DNA from: Candidatus Omnitrophota bacterium
GTDB taxonomy: Bacteria > Omnitrophota > Gorgyraeia > 2-01-FULL-45-10
Assembly (NCBI GenBank): GCA_041663425.1
Contig: JBAYMS010000001.1
Location: 8,884 to 72,883, forward strand
Length of the DNA: 64,000 nt
Direction: 5' to 3'
The translations under genes were made by a program, and so were the position numbers. Positions 22,762 to 31,863 of this stretch are shown one piece after another. How positions within the stretch are numbered: position 1 is the stretch's first letter; every line of letters starts with the position of its first letter. Below the pieces are notes generated by a model. It ran no database searches, had not been told where the DNA came from, and saw nothing but the letters and a program-made list of their open reading frames with translations.

Positions 22762-23613
22762 ATGGCTAAAGTAATCGCGATCTGTAATCAAAAAGGCGGT
22801 GTGGGAAAAACCACCACCGCTATCAATCTTTCCGTCTATCTTGCCCTATCTGGAAAGCGAGTTCTTCTGATAGATATAGATCCGCAAGGTAATGCCACAA
22901 GCGGATTAGGTATCAATAAGCATAATATTAAAGCCAGCATATACGATCTTCTGATAGACGAGATAGATCCGAACGGCGTAACTATTAAAACAGCTATAAA
23001 TAACCTGTCTCTGATCCCCTCTACGATCAGTCTTACAGGTGCCGAAGTTGAGCTAGTTGGTATAATGGGCCGTGAATATAGGTTGAAAAAGGCTCTCTCC
23101 CCCATTTCTGGCACATACGATTACATAATAATAGATTGTCCACCATCTTTAGGTCTCCTTACGGTTAATTCACTTACCGTAGCCAATTCAGTTCTTATAC
23201 CTATCCAGTGTGAGTATTATGCCCTGGAAGGACTGAGCCAGCTTGTGAATACTGTTAATTTGGTAAAAGAAAATCTTAATGCAAATCTAGGGATTGAAGG
23301 TGTATTGCTTACCATGGCCGATTTCAGGACCAATTTAACCACCGAGGTTATTAAGGAAGTGCGAAATTTCTTTAAAGGCAAAGTCTATGAAACTATAATA
23401 CCGAGAAATATTCGGCTCACAGAAGCTCCGGGATTTGGTAAACCAATAGCGCTTTACGATAAAAATTCTATAGGAGCGCAAAAATATCATGAGTTTATGA
23501 ATGAATTGTTAGGGGTAAAAAAAGAAATCGCCACCAATATTATAGTAGAAGAAACGCCTAAACCAAATAATGATAATGATTTACAACAAATTAGTGAAGG
23601 AGAGATTAAGTGA
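22762..23613 (+). CDS. parA: chromosome partitioning ATPase ParA/Soj
   Basis: Deviant Walker A KGGVGKTT. I prefer the start at MAKVIAICNQKGG (22762) over the track GTG at 22726, which would place the parS sites inside the CDS. Confidence 0.9.
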   Translation: MAKVIAICNQKGGVGKTTTAINLSVYLALSGKRVLLIDIDPQGNATSGLGINKHNIKASIYDLLIDEIDPNGVTIKTAINNLSLIPSTISLTGAEVELVGIMGREYRLKKALSPISGTYDYIIIDCPPSLGLLTVNSLTVANSVLIPIQCEYYALEGLSQLVNTVNLVKENLNANLGIEGVLLTMADFRTNLTTEVIKEVRNFFKGKVYETIIPRNIRLTEAPGFGKPIALYDKNSIGAQKYHEFMNELLGVKKEIATNIIVEETPKPNNDNDLQQISEGEIK

Positions 23614-24470
23614 TGGAAAAGAGAGCTTTGGGAAAAGGTCTTAGTGCCCTTATTCCCGGTAAAGAAGTAACGCAAGAGAATGGAGAGTCAGTTTTAAAGA
23701 TTGATATATCAAAAATTAAGACAAACAAATATCAGCCTCGTTTAGAATTTAATAAAGAAAAATTAGAAGAGCTTATGAGCTCTATAAAAGAAAAGGGAGT
23801 CGTCCAGCCCGTCCTAGTCCGAAAGATCGCGGATGGCTATGAATTAATAGCTGGAGAACGGCGTTTGCGGGCCGTTACCGGCCTGGGAATGACCACAATC
23901 CCTGTTATTGTTAAAGATGTTGCGGATCTGGACATGCTTGAGCTGTCATTGATCGAAAACATTCAGCGGGAAGAGCTTAACCCGATAGAAGAAGCGGTTG
24001 CGTTCCAGAAATTCATAACAGATTTCAATTTTACACAGGAAAAGATCGCCGCATCGCTTGGCAAAGACCGTTCCACGGTAGCCAATACGATCAGACTTCT
24101 TACGCTGCCTCAAAAAATACGTGAATTCATTTCCAGCGGCAGTATAACAGCCGGCCACGCCAAAGCGATTCTGTCTTTACCGACGGAAAACGAGCAGCTT
24201 AGAGTCTGCAATCTTGTTGTTAAAAAAGGCCTATCGGTCAGAGAAACAGAATCTCTGGCATCCCGCAGAGCCAGCGGGCAGGGGGAGAAGAATGTTAAAA
24301 TAGGTAAAGACCAGAGTCTGGTCGATCTGGAAAGCCAGCTTCAGCAGTTTTTTGGTACCCGCGTCAAAATAATGCAGGGTAAAAAGCGCGGCTGCATACA
24401 GATAGAGTACTATTCCAGCGATGATTTAAACCGCATATTGGACATCTTTTCGGCAAAATCTCAAGCTTAA
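23610..24470 (+). CDS. parB: chromosome partitioning protein ParB/Spo0J
   Basis: 286 aa with the ParB box GERRLRA and an HTH. It overlaps the parA stop by 4 nt. Confidence 0.9.
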   Translation: MMEKRALGKGLSALIPGKEVTQENGESVLKIDISKIKTNKYQPRLEFNKEKLEELMSSIKEKGVVQPVLVRKIADGYELIAGERRLRAVTGLGMTTIPVIVKDVADLDMLELSLIENIQREELNPIEEAVAFQKFITDFNFTQEKIAASLGKDRSTVANTIRLLTLPQKIREFISSGSITAGHAKAILSLPTENEQLRVCNLVVKKGLSVRETESLASRRASGQGEKNVKIGKDQSLVDLESQLQQFFGTRVKIMQGKKRGCIQIEYYSSDDLNRILDIFSAKSQA

Positions 24471-24535
24471 ATATCTTGACTAAATAATATTAAAACAATA
24501 CAATATTATATTCTATATATAATAAGGAAGGGTAT

Positions 24536-25033
24536 ATGATACAACAGACATTGGTTCTTATTAAGCCTGACGGCTTAAAGAAGTCTCTGACAGGTAACGT
24601 TTTAACGCGGCTTGCCGAAACTAAGCTTGAGATCGTGGCCGGGAAGATAGTAAAAGTTTCCAGGGAACTGGCCGCAGAGCATTATAGGGAGCTTAGAGAT
24701 AAGCCGTTTTTTGAAGATCTTCTGAAATACCTGATGGGTGAATACCATAAAAAGAAAGTAATGGCTCTTGTTTATTGGGGTGAAGATGCAATAGATAAGG
24801 TCCGTAAAATATGCGGATCGACAAACCCCGAAGAGGCGGACGCCGTTTCTATACGCGGTGCTTACGGAAGGATAACGACAAAAGGTGTTTATGAAAACGT
24901 TATTCACGCCTCGGCGAATATGACCGATGCCGAACGCGAAATAAAACTTTGGTTCCAGCCCGACGAGATAATCGAAGAAATATATCCATCAAAGCTTACA
25001 AAAGTTACTGTTGAAAAAAAGATCTGGGCGTAG
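24536..25033 (+). CDS. ndk: nucleoside-diphosphate kinase
   Basis: 165 aa with LVLIKPDG and active-site region NVIHAS. A TTGACT-N17-TACAAT promoter-like sequence lies in the upstream gap. Confidence 0.85.
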   Translation: MIQQTLVLIKPDGLKKSLTGNVLTRLAETKLEIVAGKIVKVSRELAAEHYRELRDKPFFEDLLKYLMGEYHKKKVMALVYWGEDAIDKVRKICGSTNPEEADAVSIRGAYGRITTKGVYENVIHASANMTDAEREIKLWFQPDEIIEEIYPSKLTKVTVEKKIWA

Positions 25034-25053
25034 AGAAGAGGAAGAGGCAAAAA

Positions 25054-25932
25054 GTGATAAATTCAATGACCGGTTTCGGGAAGGGTGAGGCGAGTTTTAA
25101 ATCAGGTAAGGTAACAGTGGAAATAAAAACCGTCAACCATAAGTTTTTTGATGCCACTCTCAAGCTCCCCAGCGGGATAATACCCTTTGAAGATAGAATA
25201 AAAGAAGTGCTGCAAAAAAGGATAAAAAGAGGAAAAATAAATTTAAATCTCACTCACGACGGAGCGCTTCTTAAAAGCGATCGGATAGCGATAAATAAAA
25301 AAGCCGCAAAGAGTTATTTTAACGAACTTGAGGCGCTTAAAAAACATCTCGGATTGCAGGAAGAAGTAAAATTAAAAGATATAATAGCGTTACCCGGCGT
25401 TTTAAGTTTCGATTCGATGGAATCGGGGCTGGCCAGTTTTTGGCCGAAGATAAAAAAAGCGCTCGATATGGCCATTGACAGTCTCATCTCCGACAGAGAA
25501 AAAGAAGGCAAGGCTCTTTGTAAAGATCTGACGTCTAGGACAAAGCAGATAGAAAAAATGCTGGCAACGATAAAATCGCGCGCCCATTTAAATATCGACG
25601 AATACAGAAAAAGATTTGCTGACAGGGTGAAGGACCTGACCGGCGGCCGTGATATAGATATGGGAAGGCTTGAAATGGAAGTAGCGATCTTTGCAAAGAA
25701 TTGTGATATTTCGGAAGAGATAACCAGACTGCAGAACCATCTTTCCAATTTCAATAAGACCATATCTTCCGGCGGGGAGGTCGGGAAAAAAATAGATTTT
25801 ATAGCACAGGAACTCCATCGCGAAATAAATACCATCGGCTCTAAGGCCAGTGATTTTAAGATATCGAAGAACGTGATCGAGATAAAAGGCGAGATAGAAA
25901 AAATACGCGAACAGGCAAAAAATTTAGAATGA
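25054..25932 (+). CDS. yicC: YicC-family stress-induced protein / endoribonuclease
   Basis: 292 aa with a GTG start, MINSMTGFG N-terminus and a YicC-type C-terminal helical region. Located upstream of gmk, as in many genomes. Confidence 0.8.
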   Translation: MINSMTGFGKGEASFKSGKVTVEIKTVNHKFFDATLKLPSGIIPFEDRIKEVLQKRIKRGKINLNLTHDGALLKSDRIAINKKAAKSYFNELEALKKHLGLQEEVKLKDIIALPGVLSFDSMESGLASFWPKIKKALDMAIDSLISDREKEGKALCKDLTSRTKQIEKMLATIKSRAHLNIDEYRKRFADRVKDLTGGRDIDMGRLEMEVAIFAKNCDISEEITRLQNHLSNFNKTISSGGEVGKKIDFIAQELHREINTIGSKASDFKISKNVIEIKGEIEKIREQAKNLE

Positions 25933-26489
25933 AGGCTAAATTGTTCGTAGTCTCCGCTCCGTCGGGATCCGGCAAAACCACCTTATGCAACAAACTATTA
26001 AAAGATGATTTAGGTCTTGCCCAATCTGTTTCCATGACTACACGGCCGCCCAGAAAAGGCGAGCAGGACGGGGTTGATTATCATTTTGTGTCAGAAAGAT
26101 CTTTTAAAGACACGATAAAGAAAAAAGGATTTCTGGAATACGAGGAAAATTTCGGCTGTTTGTACGGGACGCCGAAGAAGCTCATAGAAAAGCGTCTTAA
26201 AAAAGGTTTAAATGTTCTTTTAAGTATCGATGTAAAAGGTGCGATGAAGGTAAAAAAAGAATATCCCGACGAGAGTATTCTCATTTTTATCCTTCCGCCG
26301 TCTTTAGGGGTTTTAAAAAACAGGCTTAATTCAAGAAGATCGGAGGACAAGAAAGCGATCTCAGAGAGACTTAAGCTGGCAAAAAAAGAAATCGCATATA
26401 AAAAGAAATACGATTACACGGTCGTGAACGATCGTCTGGATGTTGCATATAAAAAATTGAAAAAAATAGTGCTTTCAGAAATTAACTAA
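25929..26489 (+). CDS. gmk: guanylate kinase
   Basis: 186 aa with P-loop SAPSGSGKTT and TTRPPRKGE. Confidence 0.9.
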   Translation: MKAKLFVVSAPSGSGKTTLCNKLLKDDLGLAQSVSMTTRPPRKGEQDGVDYHFVSERSFKDTIKKKGFLEYEENFGCLYGTPKKLIEKRLKKGLNVLLSIDVKGAMKVKKEYPDESILIFILPPSLGVLKNRLNSRRSEDKKAISERLKLAKKEIAYKKKYDYTVVNDRLDVAYKKLKKIVLSEIN

Positions 26490-26501
26490 GGAGCTAAGAA
26501 A

Positions 26502-26708
26502 ATGCAGAATTTTGATATACAGAAACTGCTGGACAAGGTCGGAAGTTTGTACAAGCTCGTCATACTTACATCTCTGCGTGCTGTGGAGTTGAGCGATGGC
26601 GCAGCGAATCTTACAGGCGAAAAACCTGATGCAAAAACGATCAATACAGCTTTGAGGGAAATATCCGAAGGAAAGATCGAGTATAAAATAAAAGAGAAAA
26701 AAGAATGA
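26502..26708 (+). CDS. rpoZ: RNA polymerase omega subunit
   Basis: 68 aa with LVILTSLRAVEL. Sits in the gmk-rpoZ order. Confidence 0.8.
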   Translation: MQNFDIQKLLDKVGSLYKLVILTSLRAVELSDGAANLTGEKPDAKTINTALREISEGKIEYKIKEKKE

Positions 26709-27247
26709 ACAGATCCAAGCCGGTCGTACTTGGTGTAACCGGCAGCATAGCTGCTTACAGAGCGTGCGACATAATCAGCGCGTTCAGAAGAGAAGAGATA
26801 GAAGTGCAGGCCGTTCTTACCAAAGAGGCCGCAGAATTTATCACTCCGCTTTCTCTGCAGACCCTTTCACGTAATAAAGTCATTACGGACATGTTTGCGC
26901 TGCCTGAAAAATGGGATCCTGTACATACTTCAATAGCTGAGAAGGCAGGATTGATTTTAATAGCGCCTGCTACAGCAAATGTAATCGGCAAGCTTGCCAG
27001 CGGGATATGCGACGATCTTCTGACGTGCATTGTATTTGCAACAAAAGCGCCTGTTCTTATAGCGCCGGCTATGAATGAGAAGATGTATAATCACAAAATA
27101 GTCCAGGCCAACATAGCGAAGCTGAAAGCGATAGGATACAAATTTGTAGGACCGATAAAAGGCTACCTTGCATGCGGACATGTGGATACAGGACACATTG
27201 CCGACACAGATCAGATTGTGAAGGAAGCTAAAAGACTGCTGAAGTGA
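26705..27247 (+). CDS. coaC: phosphopantothenoylcysteine decarboxylase (flavoprotein half of CoaBC)
   Basis: 180 aa with VVLGVTGSIAAYRA and PAMN motifs. It ends in a TGA that overlaps the GTG start of the next ORF (GTGA). Confidence 0.8.
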   Translation: MNRSKPVVLGVTGSIAAYRACDIISAFRREEIEVQAVLTKEAAEFITPLSLQTLSRNKVITDMFALPEKWDPVHTSIAEKAGLILIAPATANVIGKLASGICDDLLTCIVFATKAPVLIAPAMNEKMYNHKIVQANIAKLKAIGYKFVGPIKGYLACGHVDTGHIADTDQIVKEAKRLLK

Positions 27248-27897
27248 AATCAAAAAACGGAAAGAATATAACCGTTCTTGTGGTTGCAGGCCCGACGAGA
27301 GAAAAGATAGATCCCGTCAGGTTTATTTCAAATTATTCTACCGGAACTTTTGGTTATGCAATTGCCGGTGAAGCATCCAGGCGCGGCCATAGAACTATTT
27401 TAGTAAGCGGACCTACCTGTCTCGAGGTTCCGGAAAAAGTAGAATTTATCAGTGTTGAAAGCGCCCTCGAAATGAGGCGTGAAGTTAGGTCTCTGGCAAA
27501 GTCAGCAACATGCGTGATAATGGCCGCTGCGGTTTGTGATTGGAGGGCTGAGCTGGTTCTGCCGCGCAAGATAAAACGAAAAGGCGGCGTTAAAGTACTT
27601 AAGCTGAAAGAAAATCCGGACATACTTAAAGAGCTCGGAGAAAAGAAAAATAGTATTTTGGTAGGTTTTGCCCTGGAAACCGAACACTTAGAGAAAAATG
27701 CTATTGAGAAGCTCAAAAAAAAGAATCTAGATCTCATAATAGCAAACAGGCTTACAAAAGATAGCGGATTGTTCGGGGATAGATTGACAGACGTTTTGAT
27801 GATAGACAGGTCTTTGCAGAAATTGGTATGCCGCCGCAAGACCAAGAAGGAACTGGCCAAGATTATTCTTGACAAGGCCTTAAAGTCTAAGATATAG
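27244..27897 (+). CDS. coaB: phosphopantothenate--cysteine ligase (C-terminal half of CoaBC)
   Basis: 217 aa with GPTREKIDPVRFISNYSTG and AAAVCDWR, typical of the Dfp C-terminal domain. It is a separate ORF in a different frame from coaC. Confidence 0.8.
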   Translation: MKSKNGKNITVLVVAGPTREKIDPVRFISNYSTGTFGYAIAGEASRRGHRTILVSGPTCLEVPEKVEFISVESALEMRREVRSLAKSATCVIMAAAVCDWRAELVLPRKIKRKGGVKVLKLKENPDILKELGEKKNSILVGFALETEHLEKNAIEKLKKKNLDLIIANRLTKDSGLFGDRLTDVLMIDRSLQKLVCRRKTKKELAKIILDKALKSKI

Positions 27898-27958
27898 TCA
27901 TTTCCTCGACGAAGCTCGGGATCGATCCTGGGTATAGTGAAGGATCAGAATTTCGCAT

Positions 27959-28387
27959 ATGATGAGAAAAAGAGCTTTTACTATTATAGAATTGCTGGTC
28001 GTTATATGTGTATTTCTAATTATGTTTGCCGCGCTGGCTCCTTTTGTGCGTATGGCAAAAATATACGCGAACAAAATAAATTGCGCTAATAATTTGCGGC
28101 AGATAAGTTTAGGGCTGCATAAATATGCGCGGGATCACGGCAAAAAGTTTCCAAAAAGCCTCGGAGAATTATATCCGGCTTATATAAATGACGGCGGAAT
28201 ATTGGATTGCCCTTCGATAAAAGACAGGGCAGCGAAAAATACGCCGGATTATACTTATACGCAGGGCCTTACAGAGGCTTCGCCGGCCAAAGAAGTGATA
28301 GTGCAGGATGCTGACGGTAATCACAAAGGGGCCGGAAGAAATGTTTTAAGGGTTGACGGCTCTGTGGATTTGATTTTGGCGCGGTAG
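27959..28387 (+). CDS. prepilin-type N-terminal methylation-domain protein with H-X9/10-DG-like C-terminus
   Basis: 142 aa. The N-terminus KRAFTIIELLVVI matches the type IV pilin-like cleavage/methylation motif. The C-terminus is HKGAGRNVLRVDGSV. The last 10 nt overlap tRNA-Cys. Confidence 0.7.
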   Translation: MMRKRAFTIIELLVVICVFLIMFAALAPFVRMAKIYANKINCANNLRQISLGLHKYARDHGKKFPKSLGELYPAYINDGGILDCPSIKDRAAKNTPDYTYTQGLTEASPAKEVIVQDADGNHKGAGRNVLRVDGSVDLILAR

Positions 28388-28452
28388 CCAAGCGGTAAGG
28401 CAGGAGTCTGCAAAACTCTTATACAGCGGTTCAATTCCGCTCCGCGCCTCCA
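28378..28452 (+). tRNA. tRNA-Cys (anticodon GCA), encoded CCA
   Basis: GGCGCGGTAGCCAAGCGGTAAGGCAGGAGTCTGCAAAACTCTTATACAGCGGTTCAATTCCGCTCCGCGCCTCCA. The acceptor stem pairs GGCGCGG/CCGCGCC and the anticodon loop is CTGCAAA. Confidence 0.85.
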
Positions 28453-28455
28453 GAT

Positions 28456-28532
28456 GGACGCGTAGCTCAGTTGGTTAGAGCACTACCTTGACATGGTAGG
28501 GGTCACAGGTTCGAGTCCTGTCGCGTCCACCA
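28456..28532 (+). tRNA. tRNA-Val (anticodon GAC), encoded CCA
   Basis: GGACGCGTAGCTCAGTTGGTTAGAGCACTACCTTGACATGGTAGGGGTCACAGGTTCGAGTCCTGTCGCGTCCACCA. The anticodon loop is TTGACAT. Confidence 0.85.
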
Positions 28533-28595
28533 TTCTACAGTTTGAGTCGGGAATTGTGGAGTGGAGACAAAAATTTAATTTTATTTAAGGTGTGT

Positions 28596-30455
28596 ATGTG
28601 TGGAATAGTAGGATACATAGGAACAAAAAGTGCGCAGGAAGTGCTGCTGAAGGGATTGAGCCGTCTGGAATACAGGGGCTACGATTCCTCCGGCGTAGCT
28701 ATTATTGAATCTAAGAAGCTAAACCTGGTAAAACGACAGGGCAAGCTGCGCATATTGGCCGACGTCTTAAAAGAAGGTCCTTCCAAGGGTACGGTTGGTA
28801 TAGGTCATACGCGCTGGGCAACACACGGTATTCCCAATGACATAAATGCGCACCCCCATTTAGACTGCACAGGCAAGATAGCCGTAGTTCATAACGGCAT
28901 TGTCGAAAATTATCTCGAGCTCAAAAAAATCCTGATGAAAGAAGGGCACAAATTTATATCGGAAACCGATACCGAAATAATTGCGCACCTGATCGAAAAA
29001 TATTATAACGGACATCTAGAAGCCGCAGTTTTAAAAGCAATCAAACTGCTCAAAGGTTCTTATGCGATAGCTGTTGTGCATTCTGGGGAGCCGGATAAGA
29101 TAGTCGGAGCAAGGTGTGATTCACCACTTATCATAGGTCTGGGCGACGGGGAAAATTTTCTGGCAAGCGATGTTCCCGCCGTGCTTGATTATACGAAAGA
29201 CGTCATATATCTCGATAACCATGAGCTTATCATTCTGACCAAAACCGGCGTCACCATCAAAGATTATGACGGACGAGTTTTATCGAAAAAACCGTCTAAA
29301 ATAAAATGGGATATTAAACAGGCGGAAAAAGCCGGCCATGAACATTTTATGCTCAAAGAGATTTATGAGCAGGGCGACATCCTCAGAAATATACTCGACG
29401 AAAGACTGCATGGCGGCAAGGTGGTTTTTGAAGAGCTTGCCATAGAAGCCGCAGCATTCAAACATTTTAAAAAAATAGCTCTGGTAGCATGCGGTACCGC
29501 TTATCATGCGGGACTGACCGGTAAATACATGATAGAGGAATATGTCAGGATACCATGCTGGGTGGATACCTCGAGTGAATTTCGATACAGAGATCCCATT
29601 GTTGACAAGGAAACGCTCTTCATAGTTATTTCGCAGTCGGGAGAGACAGCAGATTCTCTGGCGGCGCTCCGGGAGGCAAAAAGGCGCGGGGCGACAACCT
29701 TGGGCATATGTAATGCCGTCGGAAGTTCTATAGCGAGGGAATCGGACGGAGTGATTTATACTCATGCGGGTCCGGAGATAGCGGTGGCGTCCACAAAAGC
29801 CTATACTGCACAGCTGGCGATACTTTATTTGTTGACGCTTTATATGGGCACATTGCGCGGCAATATATCGAAGACGAAACTGGAAAAGCTTATTGCAGAA
29901 TTCCGAAGAGCACCCGATCTTATGGACGAGCTCATAAGCGAATATAAAGATCCGTATAATAATATTGCAGCTTATGCGAGTGAATTTAAACGATATTACT
30001 ACGAAAAACACAATAAATCCTATTTCCTGTATCTCGGGCGTAACATAAATTATCCCAATGCGCTCGAAGGAGCTCTGAAGCTGAAGGAAATATCCTACAT
30101 CAGCGCTGAGGGGTATCCTGCCGGCGAGATGAAACACGGGCCGATAGCTCTGATAGACGAAAATCCATGGGTTGTCTGCATTGCCACACAGGCAAAGACT
30201 TATGACAAGATGTTATCCAATATCCAGGAGATAAAAGCGCGCAGCGGCATAGTAATAGCGCTTGTGACTGAAGGCGACAAAGAGATACAGCACCATAATG
30301 TCAACTATGTTATAGAGGTGCCGAAGATAGACGAGCTGTTCAGCCCGCTTTTGGTGGTGATACCGCTCCAGCTGCTTGCTTATTATGTCGCGAAAAAGTT
30401 CGGTTATGATATAGATCAGCCGCGCAATCTTGCAAAATCGGTAACAGTCGAATAA
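28596..30455 (+). CDS. glmS: glutamine--fructose-6-phosphate aminotransferase
   Basis: The start is set at MCGIVGY because the Cys after Met is the obligatory nucleophile. The track TTG at 28542 adds 18 non-conserved residues. Two SIS domains and the C-terminal KSVTVE are present. Confidence 0.92.
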   Translation: MCGIVGYIGTKSAQEVLLKGLSRLEYRGYDSSGVAIIESKKLNLVKRQGKLRILADVLKEGPSKGTVGIGHTRWATHGIPNDINAHPHLDCTGKIAVVHNGIVENYLELKKILMKEGHKFISETDTEIIAHLIEKYYNGHLEAAVLKAIKLLKGSYAIAVVHSGEPDKIVGARCDSPLIIGLGDGENFLASDVPAVLDYTKDVIYLDNHELIILTKTGVTIKDYDGRVLSKKPSKIKWDIKQAEKAGHEHFMLKEIYEQGDILRNILDERLHGGKVVFEELAIEAAAFKHFKKIALVACGTAYHAGLTGKYMIEEYVRIPCWVDTSSEFRYRDPIVDKETLFIVISQSGETADSLAALREAKRRGATTLGICNAVGSSIARESDGVIYTHAGPEIAVASTKAYTAQLAILYLLTLYMGTLRGNISKTKLEKLIAEFRRAPDLMDELISEYKDPYNNIAAYASEFKRYYYEKHNKSYFLYLGRNINYPNALEGALKLKEISYISAEGYPAGEMKHGPIALIDENPWVVCIATQAKTYDKMLSNIQEIKARSGIVIALVTEGDKEIQHHNVNYVIEVPKIDELFSPLLVVIPLQLLAYYVAKKFGYDIDQPRNLAKSVTVE

Positions 30456-30477
30456 TTTCGACGCAGAGCCTAAAATT

Positions 30478-31140
30478 ATGAACGGCACATTATATGTGGT
30501 TTCTACTCCCATAGGTAATCTGGAAGACATAACCCTGCGTGCCATAGAAACATTGAAATCGGTTGACCTTATCGCTGCCGAAGATACCCGCCACACAAAA
30601 ATACTGCTCGACAGATATGAAATAAGAACTCCGACGACAAGTTACTTCGAATATAATAAGATCCAGAAGACAGATTATCTTATAAAAGTTCTGCAGGAAG
30701 GTAAATCTGTTGCCCTGGTCTCTGATGCGGGCACGCCCGGCATATCGGATCCGGGGTATAGGGTTATCCATCTTTGTATAGAAAACGGAATATCGGTAGT
30801 GCCGATCCCGGGAGCCTCGGGGCTCATAACAGCTCTTACTATTTCAGGGAAACCTACTGATAAATTTACATTTGAAGGATTTTTATCAAATAAGGGTGCT
30901 AGAAGGAAAAATCAGCTTAAGAAATTGCACGAAGAGGGCAGAACGGCCGTTTTATATGAATCGCCGCACAGGATAGTGAAGATGCTGGAGGATGCCCTGG
31001 AAGTTTACGGCGATGTGGATATTGTTCTGGCCAGAGAGCTTACAAAGAAATTTGAGGAAGTGCGGCGCGAAAAGGTTTCCGCAACGATCGCGCACTTTAC
31101 ATCTCACGCGCCAAAAGGCGAATTTATTGTAATTATTTAA
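30478..31140 (+). CDS. rsmI: 16S rRNA (cytidine1402-2'-O)-methyltransferase
   Basis: 220 aa of the tetrapyrrole-methylase-fold family, with N-terminus GTLYVVSTPIGNLEDITLRA. Confidence 0.8.
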   Translation: MNGTLYVVSTPIGNLEDITLRAIETLKSVDLIAAEDTRHTKILLDRYEIRTPTTSYFEYNKIQKTDYLIKVLQEGKSVALVSDAGTPGISDPGYRVIHLCIENGISVVPIPGASGLITALTISGKPTDKFTFEGFLSNKGARRKNQLKKLHEEGRTAVLYESPHRIVKMLEDALEVYGDVDIVLARELTKKFEEVRREKVSATIAHFTSHAPKGEFIVII

Positions 31141-31208
31141 GCCCAAAATTACATTGACAAAATGCTTAAAGCGTGATACAATTACCACAATAAAGTTACC
31201 TTTTAATG

Positions 31209-31299
31209 CCGGTCCAGAGAGTCCGGAAAAGGAGAAGTAAGGATGAATACCAGACCCACTTATCTGTTTTGTAAAAATGATAGGTGGGATTTTTATTTT
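31209..31299 (+). promoter_or_regulatory. PyrR-binding leader plus intrinsic terminator (pyr attenuator)
   Basis: CCGG-UCCAGAGAGU-CCGG hairpin at 31209-31226 carries the PyrR box UCCAGAGAG. A 10-bp stem follows (CCCACTTATC 31255-31264 / GATAGGTGGG 31279-31288) and then ATTTTTATTTT (31289-31299). This lies just before the pyrR ATG at 31311. Confidence 0.6.
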
Positions 31300-31310
31300 A
31301 AGGCGGCCAT

Positions 31311-31859
31311 ATGACGTTCAAAGAAAAGACCAAAATACTCGATAAAGACGATATAGACAGATCCCTTCAGAGGATAGCCCACGAAATAGTAGAAAAAATA
31401 AAGGCCACCGAGGAAATAGCGATAATAGGCATAAAGAACCGCGGAGCGTATTTGGGCCAGCGGCTTGCTGAAAAAATAGGAAAGATAACCGGCTCGAAAA
31501 TACCGGTCGGTGCGCTTGATATCACACTATACAGAGACGATCTTACTGAGGCTTCAAGTCAGCCCATAGTCCATGCCACAGAAATAAATTTTGATATCGA
31601 GGGAAAAAAAATAATATTGGTAGACGATGTCCTGTATACCGGCAGGACGATAAGGTGTGCTCTGGATGCATTGATAGATTTTGGAAGGCCCGCCCAGATA
31701 CAGCTTGCCGTATTGGTTGACAGAGGCCACAGAGAGCTTCCGATAAGGGCAGATTATGTAGGTAAAAATGTCCCGACGTCTCTTAAAGAGGTCGTGGAAG
31801 TTAAGTTATCAGAGACCGAAGGCAAAGACGAAGTAGTGCTTTGCGAAAAAGATAGGTAA
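31311..31859 (+). CDS. pyrR: bifunctional pyr operon regulator / uracil phosphoribosyltransferase PyrR
   Basis: 182 aa with PRTase motif [12 protein letters not shown] and the typical N-terminus [18 protein letters not shown]. Confidence 0.88.
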   Translation: MTFKEKTKILDKDDIDRSLQRIAHEIVEKIKATEEIAIIGIKNRGAYLGQRLAEKIGKITGSKIPVGALDITLYRDDLTEASSQPIVHATEINFDIEGKKIILVDDVLYTGRTIRCALDALIDFGRPAQIQLAVLVDRGHRELPIRADYVGKNVPTSLKEVVEVKLSETEGKDEVVLCEKDR

Positions 31860-31863
31860 AGGG

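Noticed and set aside
28533-28595. Possible glmS ribozyme or long glmS leader; also the ORF-track start at 28542.
   Set aside because: Only ~60 nt separate tRNA-Val from the MCGIVGY start, which is too short for a glmS ribozyme. GlmS requires Cys immediately after the initiator Met, so the upstream TTG start is rejected.
29280-30137. 285-aa antisense ORF inside glmS. Similar long shadow ORFs occur opposite conserved genes at 6745-7338, 12046-12585, 16643-17092, 25314-25835, 27354-27875, 36170-36850, 48275-48799, 57304-57930 and 59427-59900.
   Set aside because: They completely overlap confidently identified conserved genes on the other strand. They have low-complexity Ser/Arg/Pro/Phe-rich composition and no recognisable motifs. 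They are typical frame shadows.
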